A stretch of 64,000 nucleotides of DNA from Rhynchobatus australiae (Eukaryota). The translations under genes were made by a program, and so were the position numbers. The stretch's first letter is position 1. Each line of letters starts with the position of its first letter. Under the pieces are notes generated by a model. That model did no database searches, had not been told where the DNA came from, and was given only the letters and a program-made list of their open reading frames with translations. This document shows, one piece after another, positions 63,086-64,000 of this stretch. Where the stretch lies: positions 10,272,186 through 10,336,185 of the forward strand of contig JAUZTB010000066.1 in assembly GCA_034780895.1 (NCBI GenBank), read 5' to 3'.

Positions 63086-64000
63086 TTATCAACTGTTTTT
63101 CTTATTTTTGCATCTTCAACATATTACTTATTACACATATTCAAATATACTATTTAAAAGTCATGACAATTACATCTATGTGACTGTAGTATTAAAATAG
63201 AATAATTATAAACCTTTTAGCACAGTGATTCAAGTGTTTGCTAAATTATTCAGTGCCTCTTAATGCATTCAAATCTTTCAACAAAGTGAATGATACAGGA
63301 ATACTATTGCAAATACTATATGGAACATTGCGTTCTGCTCCAGTTTTGATTTGACGACCTTTTTCTTTGAGGATATTGGTGTGGATGACTTGCTCATGAG
63401 AACAAAAATCATTTCTTAACCTGAAAAGATTTTTTTTAATAGAACTTTTAAATAGAGCATGAACATTTCTCTCTCATTAAGGAACTTAAAATAGAATATC
63501 AGACTCTTTGAACTAGATTCTCTCAAGTGTTGGCTTACAAATGAGCTGCCTGATAAATTGTTCTTGTCCCTCAGTTGCATAGCTGCCAGTCACTGAACAA
63601 CATCATTCTTTCAGTGTCATCACTATCGTTTCAGTAAGGTGCAAAGATGAAGTGATATTTTTATGCAATTCTATTGATTTATATTAAAGTGTAATTGCAG
63701 ATATACAAAACTATCAGACTTGTTTGATAAAATTTGAAAGGTCAACTGGGTTAAGGCTTTGCCCTTCCAAGACTGGATATTGTTAAACCATAATGCAAGT
63801 GAAGTGCTAGTGATTACTATTCTATCGTTGATGACATTATCATTTCATACTGTTGACCATTAAAGTTTAAAGCACAATTTTGCATTCCTGTTGCAATAAT
63901 CACATTATATGGTATTACAATAAATCTTCCAGTGAACCTGCTAAGTTTAAAGGGAAGTTGGAAACCAGTGAAGGGAAAGGCAATGTCGGAACTGGGGTCC

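Overview
Eukaryotic, repeat-dense, AT-rich vertebrate DNA from a draft assembly with about 21 N-gaps. The repeat set (CR1, L2, Rex1/Babar, RTE, Penelope, V-SINE/HE1-type and Deu-domain SINEs) points to a cartilaginous fish (shark or ray); this is an inference. Two spliced genes point away from each other about 11 kb apart, each with a CpG-rich promoter. On the minus strand is the first coding exon (30116-30331, possibly from 30427) of an LHFPL7/TMEM211-like tetraspan gene; I could not find its later exons. On the plus strand are coding exons 1 (41987-42008) and 2 (57119-57169) of AKAP10. Almost all other ORF-track entries are noise, N-run artefacts or retroelement remnants. I see no intact novel multi-gene system. 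The most notable signals are a probable LHFPL7 paralogue next to AKAP10, a 10-bp-phased TCGG array and uORF cluster at the AKAP10 5' end, decayed hammerhead-like cores in Penelope termini, and a candidate young LTR. Repeat boundaries are approximate, and family calls come from recalled motifs, not database searches.
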